Part shown: piece after piece, positions 8,503 to 17,496 of the stretch
Layout of the letters: every line of letters starts with the position of its first letter
Position numbering within the stretch: the first letter of the stretch is position 1
Assembly: GCA_051252135.1 (NCBI GenBank)
Contig: JBPOGH010000006.1
Coordinates: forward strand, 32,001 to 96,000
Origin: Verrucomicrobiaceae bacterium
GTDB taxonomy: Bacteria; Verrucomicrobiota; Verrucomicrobiia; Verrucomicrobiales; Akkermansiaceae
Direction of reading: 5' to 3'
DNA: 64,000 bases
Notes under the pieces: generated by a model
What the model was told of the DNA's origin: nothing
Seen by the model: the letters and a program-made list of their open reading frames with translations, nothing else
The model's database searches: none
Position numbers and translations under genes: made by a program

Positions 8503-10482
8503 ATGATGTGGAAGCGATTTACGAGTCCGGTGGCTGTGCTGCTTGGTGCGGTACTTCACGGTCAGGAGGTTGCCCCGGAAGGGGAGCTGTCCGCCTCGGA
8601 GGCTTCGATATTTACGCAGAAGAATGCGCGGACAATGACGCTTGCGATTCCGGCTCCACGGGGGTTGATTTTGGATCGTGAGGGGAGGCCGCTGGCGCAG
8701 ACGAAGGTGGCGTATCATTTGGCACTCGATTTTACAAAATTGGGCAAGGATGTGAGCGCGGAGGAGGCCTTGGTTTGGGGGAAGGGTAAAATTGCGGAAG
8801 CGAATTCGCTGGTTGAGGGCGAGTTTTCCATCTCCGACAACCGGCTTAAGGATTACTATCTGCAGCGACGTTGGATACCGCGGGTTGTTTCGAGAACCTT
8901 TTCGGGAGAGCAAGCGAAGGAGTTTCAGGAGAAGTTGCCCGAGGGATTGACCTTATTGCCGGTTTATTTGAGGCATTACCCGGAAGAGTCGCTGGCAGCG
9001 CATCTGATTGGATACGTGGGAACCAAGACGCGGATGCCTGACGGTCCGATCAATGATGGCGACCCGTTGTTTGCCTCGGTTGAGGGGAAGAGCGGGTTTG
9101 AGAAGGTGTTTGATGAGGAGTTGTCGGGGCGGGCGGGCTTGAAGAAGATGATTTTTGATGGGGAAGGGAAGATGGTGCTGGAGCAATCCGTGCAACGTCC
9201 GCAACCGGGCGGGACGGTGGTGACGACCCTGAATCTTGATTGGCAGCGGCATGCCGAAAGTGTGTTGCGGAAGGGGTGCAAGCGCGGGGCGTTTGTGGTG
9301 ATCGATGTGCGGACCGGGGAGGTGCTTGTGATGGCGTCACGTCCGACTTTTGATCTGAATGCCTTTATCCCCAGAATATCGCAAACGGAGTATGATAAGC
9401 TGCTCAACGATCCCGGGAAGCCGATGTTTGGTCGTTCGTTTCAGGGGGAGTATCCTCCGGCGTCGACTTTTAAACCGGTGGTGGGGTTGGCAGCGATCAC
9501 GAATGGGGTGGTGACGGCGGATACAAAGATTGATTGTCCTTATCAGATTAAGATCGGGAATACGATTTTCAGGAACCATTCCAAGGGGCACCAGGGAAAG
9601 ATTGATGTGAAGCGCGCGTTGGCGAAGTCGGTCAACCCTTGGTTTTATCAAGTGGGGATGAGGACGGGGCCGCAGACGTTTCTGTCGACAGCGCGCCGTT
9701 TGGGATACGGGTCGAGGACGGGCTTGCCGCTTGTTGGAGAGCGGCCCGGTTCGATTCCAACGCCAGAGGAGATTGAGACGGCAATGGGGCGCCGGACGAC
9801 GGATGGGGATACGGCAAACATGTCGATTGGCCAGGGTTTGGTGGAGGCGACACCGCTTCAGGTGGCGCAATCAATGGCAGCGATCGCCAATGGTTCGTCC
9901 CTGATGGAGCTTCAGTTGGTGAAGCAGGTTCAGGATTTTCATGGTCGTGTGGTGGAAGCGCCGCTTCCCAAAATGCGCAATGATCTCAGCCTTGATCCCG
10001 ATGCGGTGGCTGCGGTTCACGAGGGGATGATGGATGTGGTGCATGCGAGTTACGGAACGGGGAAGAACGCGAGTCTGGGATTCACGATCATGTGCGGAAA
10101 GACGGGGACTGCGCAGTGGGGGCCCAAATCGAAGAATCAGGGGTTGGCCTGGTTTTCGGGATTTTTTCCGCTGGAGAATCCCAAGTATGCGTTTGCGGTG
10201 CTGTATGAGGGCGCTCCGAATGAGAGTGTGAGTGGCGGACGCAAGGCAGCGCCGATGGTGCGTAATTTTTTCTACAAGTTTGAGGATGAGATCAAGAAGG
10301 CGATCAAGCCACCGGCCCGTGCGATGGTGGTGGAGGAGGATGAAGAAGAAATGATTGTCCCGGTGGCGCAACCGGTCGATGAGGATGAAGAGATTCTTTC
10401 CGCCGAGCCGGTTGATCCTGCCGAGCCAATTGATCCGATCGATCCTGATGACATCCCGAAAGCGCTGCCGGTGGAGGAATAA
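8503..10482 (+). CDS. mrdA: Class B penicillin-binding protein 2 (peptidoglycan D,D-transpeptidase)
   Basis: PAPRGLILDREG, RHYPE, GKSGFEK dimerisation-domain motifs; active-site STFK, SVN and KTG. Confidence 0.9.
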   Translation: MMWKRFTSPVAVLLGAVLHGQEVAPEGELSASEASIFTQKNARTMTLAIPAPRGLILDREGRPLAQTKVAYHLALDFTKLGKDVSAEEALVWGKGKIAEANSLVEGEFSISDNRLKDYYLQRRWIPRVVSRTFSGEQAKEFQEKLPEGLTLLPVYLRHYPEESLAAHLIGYVGTKTRMPDGPINDGDPLFASVEGKSGFEKVFDEELSGRAGLKKMIFDGEGKMVLEQSVQRPQPGGTVVTTLNLDWQRHAESVLRKGCKRGAFVVIDVRTGEVLVMASRPTFDLNAFIPRISQTEYDKLLNDPGKPMFGRSFQGEYPPASTFKPVVGLAAITNGVVTADTKIDCPYQIKIGNTIFRNHSKGHQGKIDVKRALAKSVNPWFYQVGMRTGPQTFLSTARRLGYGSRTGLPLVGERPGSIPTPEEIETAMGRRTTDGDTANMSIGQGLVEATPLQVAQSMAAIANGSSLMELQLVKQVQDFHGRVVEAPLPKMRNDLSLDPDAVAAVHEGMMDVVHASYGTGKNASLGFTIMCGKTGTAQWGPKSKNQGLAWFSGFFPLENPKYAFAVLYEGAPNESVSGGRKAAPMVRNFFYKFEDEIKKAIKPPARAMVVEEDEEEMIVPVAQPVDEDEEILSAEPVDPAEPIDPIDPDDIPKALPVEE

Positions 10483-10572
10483 GGTGATTTTGGAACTCTC
10501 CCCTTTACGGATGGGGTGTGAACGTTCAGGAACGGTTCGTGCCAAGAAGGCATCTTATTTTTACAAAACGAT

Positions 10573-10995
10573 ATGGACCTACAAATTGCAACATTGTGTG
10601 ACTTCGCTGCCGAGTATCAGGGGAAAATGGTGGTAAGTGGAACCTTTGACGCGCTTGCCGCGAAGGCAACGCCAGTTGTGCATCCCCAATGCTCTCTCGC
10701 GATGCGTTTCTGCTTCACTCCCGAGGATGCGGGTGACCACGATCTTTCGATCTCGATTATCGATGAGGATGGCAAGCCGATCAACGAGAAGATGCCAATC
10801 AAGGGGGCGATGCCGGTTCAGCTCCCCAAGGATGTCGCTTTTCTTTCCCGTCATTTGATTGTTGGATTTCAGGGGCTTTCGTTCCCGAAAGCAGGGGTTT
10901 ACTCGGTAGATATCCTTGTCGACGGTGAATTGATCCAGCGTTTGCCTTTGCGCATTGTGCAGGTCGAGGATCAGGGCGGCCAACAGCCTGCCTAG
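10573..10995 (+). CDS. Conserved hypothetical protein (DUF6941-like beta-sandwich)
   Basis: LCDFA...GKM...GTFD and FPKAGVYS pattern. Confidence 0.65.
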   Translation: MDLQIATLCDFAAEYQGKMVVSGTFDALAAKATPVVHPQCSLAMRFCFTPEDAGDHDLSISIIDEDGKPINEKMPIKGAMPVQLPKDVAFLSRHLIVGFQGLSFPKAGVYSVDILVDGELIQRLPLRIVQVEDQGGQQPA

Positions 10996-11007
10996 AGGCA
11001 GTTCTTC

Positions 11008-11814
11008 GTGATGAGCAGTCTGGCGCGGCGCTATCAATGCGCCCTGATTACGGGTGCGAGTTCGGGACTGGGTCTCGAGTATGCGCGTCAGCTCGCTCAT
11101 CGGGTGGAGACCATGATTTTGGTCTCCCGTCGTGAGGAGGTGCTGGAAGGCATTGCGGCTGAGTTGGTGGCCGGGCATCCGGGGTTGGTGGTGAAGATTT
11201 TTGCCAGTGATCTGAGTGAGGTGGAGTCGAGGAGCAATTTGGTGGGTGAGCTTGCGAGAGCTAATCTGCGTCCCGACTTGCTGATCAACAATGCGGGGAT
11301 GGGGGATTACGGGGAATTTAGTACTTCGGAATGGGGAAAGCTTGCCGAGATGATCCGTCTGAATATGGAAGCGCTCACCCATTTGACGCATGCCTTGTTG
11401 CCGGGATTGATTACCGGGAGTGGGTCGGTGTTGAACGTGAGCTCGCTTGCGAGTGTGTTGCCGATTCCGGATTTTGCGGTGTACGCCGCGACGAAGTCTT
11501 ACGTTACGAGTTTTAGTGAAGCACTTCGGATCGAGTTAAGGGAGCACGGGGTCAAGGTGCTGGCGGTATGTCCGGGGCCGGTGAAGACCGGATTTGGTGA
11601 AAGGGCACGGCGGTCCCAAAATTCGAAACTGCCTGTTCAGGATGCATTTTATGTATCCGCCAATCAGGTGGTGGGAGATTCGTTGCAGGCACTTGATTCC
11701 GGCCGTGCCCGAATCTATCCGGGGTTCAAGGTGGCGGCGGCCGCGGCAGTGATCGGTCTGTTGCCGATTGCAGCGGTGCGAATGGTGATGTCATTTCGCC
11801 CCCGGCGGTCTTGA
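11008..11814 (+). CDS. Short-chain dehydrogenase/reductase
   Basis: TGASSGLG, NNAG and YAATK motifs. Confidence 0.93.
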   Translation: MMSSLARRYQCALITGASSGLGLEYARQLAHRVETMILVSRREEVLEGIAAELVAGHPGLVVKIFASDLSEVESRSNLVGELARANLRPDLLINNAGMGDYGEFSTSEWGKLAEMIRLNMEALTHLTHALLPGLITGSGSVLNVSSLASVLPIPDFAVYAATKSYVTSFSEALRIELREHGVKVLAVCPGPVKTGFGERARRSQNSKLPVQDAFYVSANQVVGDSLQALDSGRARIYPGFKVAAAAAVIGLLPIAAVRMVMSFRPRRS

Positions 11815-11824
11815 ATCGACCTTA

Positions 11825-12109
11825 GAGGCCGTCTAAAAAATGCCCAACGAGGGTTCTGATTTTGGGGTCTTGAAAGAGTTGCAGCTTCGCTGAGGAGGCA
11901 GGAGGTGAACCCTGACGGGCTGCGAGTCCTTTCACTTCAAGCGGCGTTGTTGCTCAGTCGTTGATGTTTACCAACTTTGCTCTCGCCTCCCGGCTCGCCC
12001 CTGCGGGCTGCACTGCGCGCAGGCTATGTCCTTCCAGTCCATTCTCGTCCCGCCTTGCCTGAAGAGTAATTCCTTCGCAGCACTCATGCGGCATTTTTAA
12101 GACAGCTTC
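11825..12109. mobile_element. MITE-like non-autonomous element, 285 bp
   Basis: 20-bp terminal inverted repeats (17/20 match) flanked by TTA direct repeats at 11822-11824 and 12110-12112; no ORF. Confidence 0.75.
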
Positions 12110-12703
12110 TTAGAAGTCGTGTGCGCCGGGCTCGGTGGCGAGTGCGGTCTGAAGTCCCACCGCGGCCGGGAGGTCCTGGGATACGGATTTGAGCAGTTCG
12201 GTCAGACGTTCAACGGCGATGGTCAGGCCTTCGCAGTAGTCCTCGGATGAGAAATAGGGTTGGGCTTGCTCGATGATGCGATCGAGGGCTTGTTGGGGCA
12301 GGAAGGGCTCAAGGCCGTAGCCGACCATCATGGCGGCTTGTCGGCGATTGGGTTCGATGAGGATGACGATGTCGCGGTTATTGCCTTGTTTGGCGGATTC
12401 CTGGGAGAGTCCGGCGCGATTGAAAACCCAGAAGATGATCACGGGGAGTTCGACCTTTTGATCGAAGATTCTGGAGACCACGTGGAGTCGGCTTTGAGGG
12501 AATGTGCGCTGGTAGCGATCGACGAGTTTCTTGATTTTTTTGGTGTCAGTCCGGTTGAAAATCTGGCTGCCATCCGAGATGCCACCGAAGACGACGGGAA
12601 CCGGGCCCAGGGCATTGGCCAGTTTTTCCAAATCCATGTCGCACTCCGGGCAGGTTGGCGAAGTTTCGATCAACCGGGACTGGCAATAGGGACAACTGAG
12701 CAC
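12110..12703 (-). CDS. TPM-domain protein with N-terminal zinc ribbon
   Basis: CPYC...CPEC, then a TPM-like GYGLEPFLP...IIEQAQPYFSSEDY motif. Confidence 0.75.
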   Translation of the reverse strand: MLSCPYCQSRLIETSPTCPECDMDLEKLANALGPVPVVFGGISDGSQIFNRTDTKKIKKLVDRYQRTFPQSRLHVVSRIFDQKVELPVIIFWVFNRAGLSQESAKQGNNRDIVILIEPNRRQAAMMVGYGLEPFLPQQALDRIIEQAQPYFSSEDYCEGLTIAVERLTELLKSVSQDLPAAVGLQTALATEPGAHDF

Positions 12704-12800
12704 GGGGTGATGTTACGTTATTGTGGAGGAGCGCGAAAGAGAGAACTGCGCGGGGAAGATTTCGCTTTGGTTCCTGCCGGAAATCTGGAAACTCCAAGGC

Positions 12801-13547
12801 ATGTCAGACTTTTCAGGAAAACGTGTCGTTGTGACCGGAGCAGGCCGCGGGATCGGTCTTGCGATAGCGAAAGCCTTTGCCAGCAAGGGGGCTCAAGTTG
12901 CCATTATTAGCAGAAATGAGACGAGCTGTGGGGCTGCGGCCAAAGCGATCAATGCGGAGTATCCGGACAGTGCGAGATATTACGGATTGGACGTGGCAGA
13001 TTTTGATGCTGTGCAGGAGTGCGGGAAGCGCATTTTGGAGGATTTTGGAGGGGTGGATATTCTGGTCAACAATGCCGGAGTGACGCGCGACGGGCTTTTG
13101 ATGCGGATGAAAAGTGAAGATTGGGATACGGTTCTCGATACGAATCTCAAGGGTGCGTTTAACCTGGTGAAGGCGTTCCAGCGTCCGTTGATGAAGAGTG
13201 ACTCGCCGCGGATCATCAACATCAGTTCGGTGATCGGGTTGATTGGAAATGCGGGGCAGGCGAATTATGCCGCGAGTAAGGCGGGTTTGATTGGCTTTAC
13301 GAAGTCGATTGCCCGCGAACTGGCGAGCCGCAAGGTCACTTGCAATGCGATTGCACCCGGATTTATTACGACGGATATGACCGATGAGCTGCCTGACAAT
13401 ATCAAGGAAGACATTGTGAAGCGTGTTCCGCTTGCGGACTTTGGGCAGGTGGATGATATCGCCAACGCGACTCTCTTTCTGGCGGGTCCGGAGGCCCGCT
13501 ACATCACGGGGCAGGTCCTCGCGGTGGACGGCGGGATGACGATGTGA
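12801..13547 (+). CDS. fabG: 3-oxoacyl-ACP reductase
   Basis: TGAGRGIG, NNAGVTRDGLLMRM, GNAGQANYAASKAG and YITGQVLAVDGG; ATG at 12801. Confidence 0.95.
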   Translation: MSDFSGKRVVVTGAGRGIGLAIAKAFASKGAQVAIISRNETSCGAAAKAINAEYPDSARYYGLDVADFDAVQECGKRILEDFGGVDILVNNAGVTRDGLLMRMKSEDWDTVLDTNLKGAFNLVKAFQRPLMKSDSPRIINISSVIGLIGNAGQANYAASKAGLIGFTKSIARELASRKVTCNAIAPGFITTDMTDELPDNIKEDIVKRVPLADFGQVDDIANATLFLAGPEARYITGQVLAVDGGMTM

Positions 13548-13574
13548 GGCTTGGTCACCATCAGTTCTAACAAG

Positions 13575-13604
13575 AAAGGCCACTGCGATTGCGGTGGCCT
13601 TTTT
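13575..13604. terminator. Intrinsic terminator between convergent fabG and HrgA-like gene
   Basis: AAAGGCCACTGC-GATT-GCGGTGGCCTTTTT. Confidence 0.85.
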
Positions 13605-13626
13605 GTTAGAGTTGAACGAGTTGGGG

Positions 13627-14622
13627 CTAGGACTGTTTGTCGTCCCGGAACGTGCGGACGACGCCGTGTTCCAGGGAGCCTCCCAACCAGGCGAGGAATT
13701 GGTTCATCTCGGAGTGATCCTTGCGGAGCAGGTCGAGCATGTCCCATCCGCAATGGGTGCGGCGTTCGGTTGGGGAGATTCGTTCGATATCGAGGCGGCT
13801 CAGGAGCGCTTCGGTTTCCCGGGGCATGGCATTGGCAATCTGGGAAGGGTGGGGGAGGTCATCGAGGTTTTCTCCGGAGAGGCCGAAGGTTGTGACTCCG
13901 ATGCCAAAGCGACTGGCGACCATACGGATTTGATCGGCGAGTGATTCATCGGCGATTCCGTTGGCGAGGAAGAGTTGGCCCGAGTTGGCCCACAAGGAGG
14001 CGCTCATGGTCTGGAAGATGTCTTCGCGGAAGCGGTCGTGGCTTGCTTCAATGCGCATGCGGATGGAAGCGAGGCGGTAGGGCGGAAGGCCCAGGGTCTG
14101 CTTGAGGGCGAGATGGGCGGGGTCGAGGGTGAGGCCCTCTTCGGTGAGGTCGCCGTGTTCCCAATCGATCATGACCATTTCGGGAAATTTCCAGAGGTTT
14201 CCGACGGACGCGGTTTGTCCGAGGGATTTACGGAATTCGAAGGTGAAGAGGCCCCGGGACTCGGCGTATTTGTGAACGATTGCCCGGAATTTTTGAATAC
14301 GAAGCATCGCCTGATTGGTCGAACCCGAGTCGTTGAGATCATCGAGTCGACCCTGTTGCATGGCGACGATTTCCTGAGCTCCGGAGAGAGCAGGCATTTG
14401 GGCGCCCCGTTTGTAGTAGCCCTGTCCTTTTTCGACCTTGGCAATCGGCGAGCTGGGGTCGCACGACATGATGGAAAAATGGTAACGCAGTGAGGCGTCG
14501 GAGTAATTTCCGTCCAGTTTCATTCTCACGAGACGAATGAGTTCAGTTCCTTTGATTGATTCGCGGGGATTGGAAGGGAGGAGATCGTTCAGGAGATCTG
14601 TTAGCTGGCTACGGAGACTCAT
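13627..14622 (-). CDS. HrgA/COG2958-like protein: N-terminal winged HTH plus degenerate restriction-endonuclease-like domain
   Basis: GNLWKFPEMV, FQTMSASLWANSGQL and FGIGV resemble the family motifs W.HPD.VG, FQAVSNSSWAN.GYL and FGIG; likely start ATG 14622. Confidence 0.6.
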   Translation of the reverse strand: MSLRSQLTDLLNDLLPSNPRESIKGTELIRLVRMKLDGNYSDASLRYHFSIMSCDPSSPIAKVEKGQGYYKRGAQMPALSGAQEIVAMQQGRLDDLNDSGSTNQAMLRIQKFRAIVHKYAESRGLFTFEFRKSLGQTASVGNLWKFPEMVMIDWEHGDLTEEGLTLDPAHLALKQTLGLPPYRLASIRMRIEASHDRFREDIFQTMSASLWANSGQLFLANGIADESLADQIRMVASRFGIGVTTFGLSGENLDDLPHPSQIANAMPRETEALLSRLDIERISPTERRTHCGWDMLDLLRKDHSEMNQFLAWLGGSLEHGVVRTFRDDKQS

Positions 14623-14828
14623 TTGGTGCAGGTTGCTTGGTAAAGCTGGGGGCGTAAAGAGATGGAATCGAATGGTCGACCTGTCGCGCAAGCATCAAGT
14701 CAACGAAAGGGTAAAAAAGGGGGGGTAAAGGAGGCTTCTTCACACCTTATTCACAAAAAAGCGCGGTTTGGATTCGAATAGTCTTAATCCGCTTGTCGTC
14801 TCATCAAGCGAACTGTTAATTTTCTAGC

Positions 14829-15524
14829 ATGAAATCACTACTCACAATTTGTTTTTCTTTTTTGGTTACACCCTTATCGCTGGCGCAGGATGCGGAGGCG
14901 ATTATGAACTCGGTCCGTCAGGTCACTGCCCTGCAACAGGAGCAGGACCTTCATGGTTTCATTCGTAAGGGAAGTAAGAAGACTCCGCTTTCACTCTTCT
15001 TGCGAGGCGAGGATATCCAGTTTGCGTTGGATGGGGGGAAGGAGCGTTTTCACCTTCGTTTGAACAAGGATAATCAGGAGCTTCGCGAGATTGAGGGGGG
15101 GAAGACGAGTGTTTTTCCGGCTTCGAAGATTGCGGCTCCGATCGCAAAGAGTGATGTCTCGTATGAAGATTTGGCGTTGAAGTTTCTTTACTGGGATAAT
15201 CCGCGGATTGCGGGTGAAGACAAGATCAAGGGGCAGGATTGCTGGAGAGTGCATGTTGCCAATCCCAATCAAAACGGGCGTTATCGCGAGGTGAGTGTTT
15301 GGGTGTCCAAGCGTCAAAGTGCTTTGATGAGGGTGATTGGGTATGGTCCGAAGCCGAAGCGGGTTCCTTTGAAGCAATTTGAGATCACCGACATTATGAA
15401 GGTGAACGATGTTTACACCGTGAAGACGATGAAGGTGAGTGCCTTTGATGATAGCGGGCGCACGACCGGGATCACTTATCTCGAATTCGACAAGCCGAAG
15501 CCTGTGGCGAGGCGGGGGCGGTAA
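14829..15524 (+). CDS. Outer-membrane lipoprotein-sorting (LolA-like) protein
   Basis: Signal peptide ending SLA-Q; SDVSYEDL, GEDKIKGQDCW and VWVSK motifs. Confidence 0.7.
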   Translation: MKSLLTICFSFLVTPLSLAQDAEAIMNSVRQVTALQQEQDLHGFIRKGSKKTPLSLFLRGEDIQFALDGGKERFHLRLNKDNQELREIEGGKTSVFPASKIAAPIAKSDVSYEDLALKFLYWDNPRIAGEDKIKGQDCWRVHVANPNQNGRYREVSVWVSKRQSALMRVIGYGPKPKRVPLKQFEITDIMKVNDVYTVKTMKVSAFDDSGRTTGITYLEFDKPKPVARRGR

Positions 15525-15545
15525 GATCGCCTTTTCAGAATGATT

Positions 15546-15579
15546 AAAAAAGCCAGCTCCGGGAAGGGGCTGGCTTTTT
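15546..15579. terminator. Bidirectional intrinsic terminator
   Basis: A6-GCCAGCTCC-GGGAA-GGGGCTGGC-T5 between convergent genes. Confidence 0.85.
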
Positions 15580-15599
15580 GTTTGAAGTGACCGGAATGG

Positions 15600-16727
15600 C
15601 TACTCGGGGAGAGAGGCGTGGATTTGTTCGAGGGTCATGAGGGCGTAGCAGGTGACGAGGATGGGGTCATTTTCCATCCAACGGGAAACCTCGTTGACCC
15701 ATGAGCCGTCCTCGCGCTGGGTGCTGAGGACTTTTGATGAGAGCCGGGTGCGCCAGTCGATCTTGAGGCCGTCGGGGCCATCGAGGGAGGCGATGTTGGC
15801 GGCGGCGAGGGTTTTGGCCATGACGTTGTAATAGTAGTAGAGGCCCTGCCCGCCGAGCCCGGGATTTTCTTCGAGGCTGAAGTTTTGAGAGAGCCATTGG
15901 ACGACGGCTTTGACGCGGGGATCGTCAGCGGTGAGGTCCGAGTAGACGAGTGAGAGGAGGCCTGCATAGGACATGGAGCCGTAGGAGCGGAGGGCGACCT
16001 TACCGTCTTCCCCGACTTCTTCCCCGGCTTTGGAATCTCCGGGAAAGTAGATGAAGCCGCCATCGTTTCCGACTTTCTCGCCTTTATTGGTGGTCTGGAG
16101 GTTTTGGCATTTGGTGACGAATTCGAGAGCGGCAGCCCAATCGAGTTCGGGCTGTTTTTTTTCTCCGGTGTCGGTAGCGAGGGAACGGGAGTGGTAGAGA
16201 GCTTCGAGGGCGAGGTGGGTGTTGGAGAGGTCCGAGTGATCGTAGCTGCCGCCGTAGCCGATGCCGCCATCGAATTCACTGTCGAGCTCACCTTTGACTC
16301 CCCAGTCGGTCTGTTGGCTGATGAGGAAAGCCCGGGCTTTGAGGATGGGTTCCTTGTACTTTACGGGGTCGGCGGCCATGAGGGCCATGATGGAGGTGGA
16401 GGTGTTATAGGTGGCCAGGCCGATGGAGTAGATGCCGCCATTTTCCTGTTGTTGTGAGACGATCCAATCGAGGGATTTTTGGATGTCCGCGGGGATGGGA
16501 TCGGATGCTTTGCGGGAGGGGTCACCGAGGATGGAGCGGACAGCGAGGGCGGTGAAGGCGGGGAAATCCTTACTGCCGAAGAATCCCGCGGGATCTTGTT
16601 TGGACTTCAGGTAAGTGACTCCCTTTTTGATGGTCTCCTGCATTTCGAGTTTGACCGAGAGGTGGGCACCCTCCTGGGCGGAGAGTGGGGCGATGAGGAA
16701 CAATACGGCGGCAAAGTAATGCTTCAT
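15600..16727 (-). CDS. Secreted prenyltransferase/squalene-oxidase repeat protein (alpha/alpha barrel)
   Basis: QW-like repeats (YLKSKQDPAG, WIVSQQQENGG, TQREDGSW), DLSNT, SYGSMSYAG and YYYY motifs; signal peptide. Confidence 0.8.
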   Translation of the reverse strand: MKHYFAAVLFLIAPLSAQEGAHLSVKLEMQETIKKGVTYLKSKQDPAGFFGSKDFPAFTALAVRSILGDPSRKASDPIPADIQKSLDWIVSQQQENGGIYSIGLATYNTSTSIMALMAADPVKYKEPILKARAFLISQQTDWGVKGELDSEFDGGIGYGGSYDHSDLSNTHLALEALYHSRSLATDTGEKKQPELDWAAALEFVTKCQNLQTTNKGEKVGNDGGFIYFPGDSKAGEEVGEDGKVALRSYGSMSYAGLLSLVYSDLTADDPRVKAVVQWLSQNFSLEENPGLGGQGLYYYYNVMAKTLAAANIASLDGPDGLKIDWRTRLSSKVLSTQREDGSWVNEVSRWMENDPILVTCYALMTLEQIHASLPE

Positions 16728-17434
16728 GGTTGATAGGGTTTGATGATGAGGGTGACGACGGTGCCTTCTTCGGGCACGCGCTTGGGGAAGGGGAACCAGA
16801 TGTCGTCATTGTGGTTATCCTTGCCCGGATAGCTGATGAGTGGCGGTTGGCGGGGGAAGATGGCGAAGAGGTCGCCCGCGACTTCGGCCTTGAATTGGCC
16901 TTCGTGGAAATAGGATCCGGTGTAGAGCCACGGGCCGGGTTCCATGGCCTTTTCGGTGACGCTGTGAATGATGAGGTCATTGATGGGAACGTTTTTCGTT
17001 TGGCCGTCCTGTTCCCATTCAACGTGGATTTCGACGCGTGCGGCTTTTTTCACCTCGTCGGGGACTTCATGAAATTTTCCGGTGGGCCGGTAGTCCTCGT
17101 CTACGATTTCGAAGAGTTCTTTGGATTCCTTGAAGCCGAGGAGTTTGAAGGCGATGTTGAGATGAAGGGGGGAGACGTCTGTGATGAAGAGGGCTTCGTG
17201 AACCTTGCCCTTGCCGTTGACGAGAAGGTACTCGAGGGGGCGATCGACGGTGTTGACGCCGGCGCCGAGACGGATTTCGCGGGTTTTCTTGTTGAGCGTG
17301 ACTTTTCCGATGCGGTATTCGGATTCGTTGATCTGCGTGATTTGGGGAGTCCCGGGTTGCGGGGCAGGATCAGGTTCCTCCGCCCGGAGAAAGAGGGAGG
17401 AGAGGATCAGGAGGAGAGGGTAACCGAGGCGCAT
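16724..17434 (-). CDS. Secreted YdjY-like domain protein
   Basis: LEYLLV...GKVHEALF, PWLYTGS and VPEEGTVVTLII pattern; 4-bp overlap with the downstream gene. Confidence 0.65.
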   Translation of the reverse strand: MRLGYPLLLILSSLFLRAEEPDPAPQPGTPQITQINESEYRIGKVTLNKKTREIRLGAGVNTVDRPLEYLLVNGKGKVHEALFITDVSPLHLNIAFKLLGFKESKELFEIVDEDYRPTGKFHEVPDEVKKAARVEIHVEWEQDGQTKNVPINDLIIHSVTEKAMEPGPWLYTGSYFHEGQFKAEVAGDLFAIFPRQPPLISYPGKDNHNDDIWFPFPKRVPEEGTVVTLIIKPYQP

Positions 17435-17496
17435 CTGCAGATTGGGCTTATCTCAAGTTGCCATAGATTAACGCAAGATTGAGGGGGTTCTTAGAA

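Noticed and set aside
15600..16727. Squalene-hopene cyclase
   Set aside because: Single barrel of 375 aa with a signal peptide and no DxDD motif.
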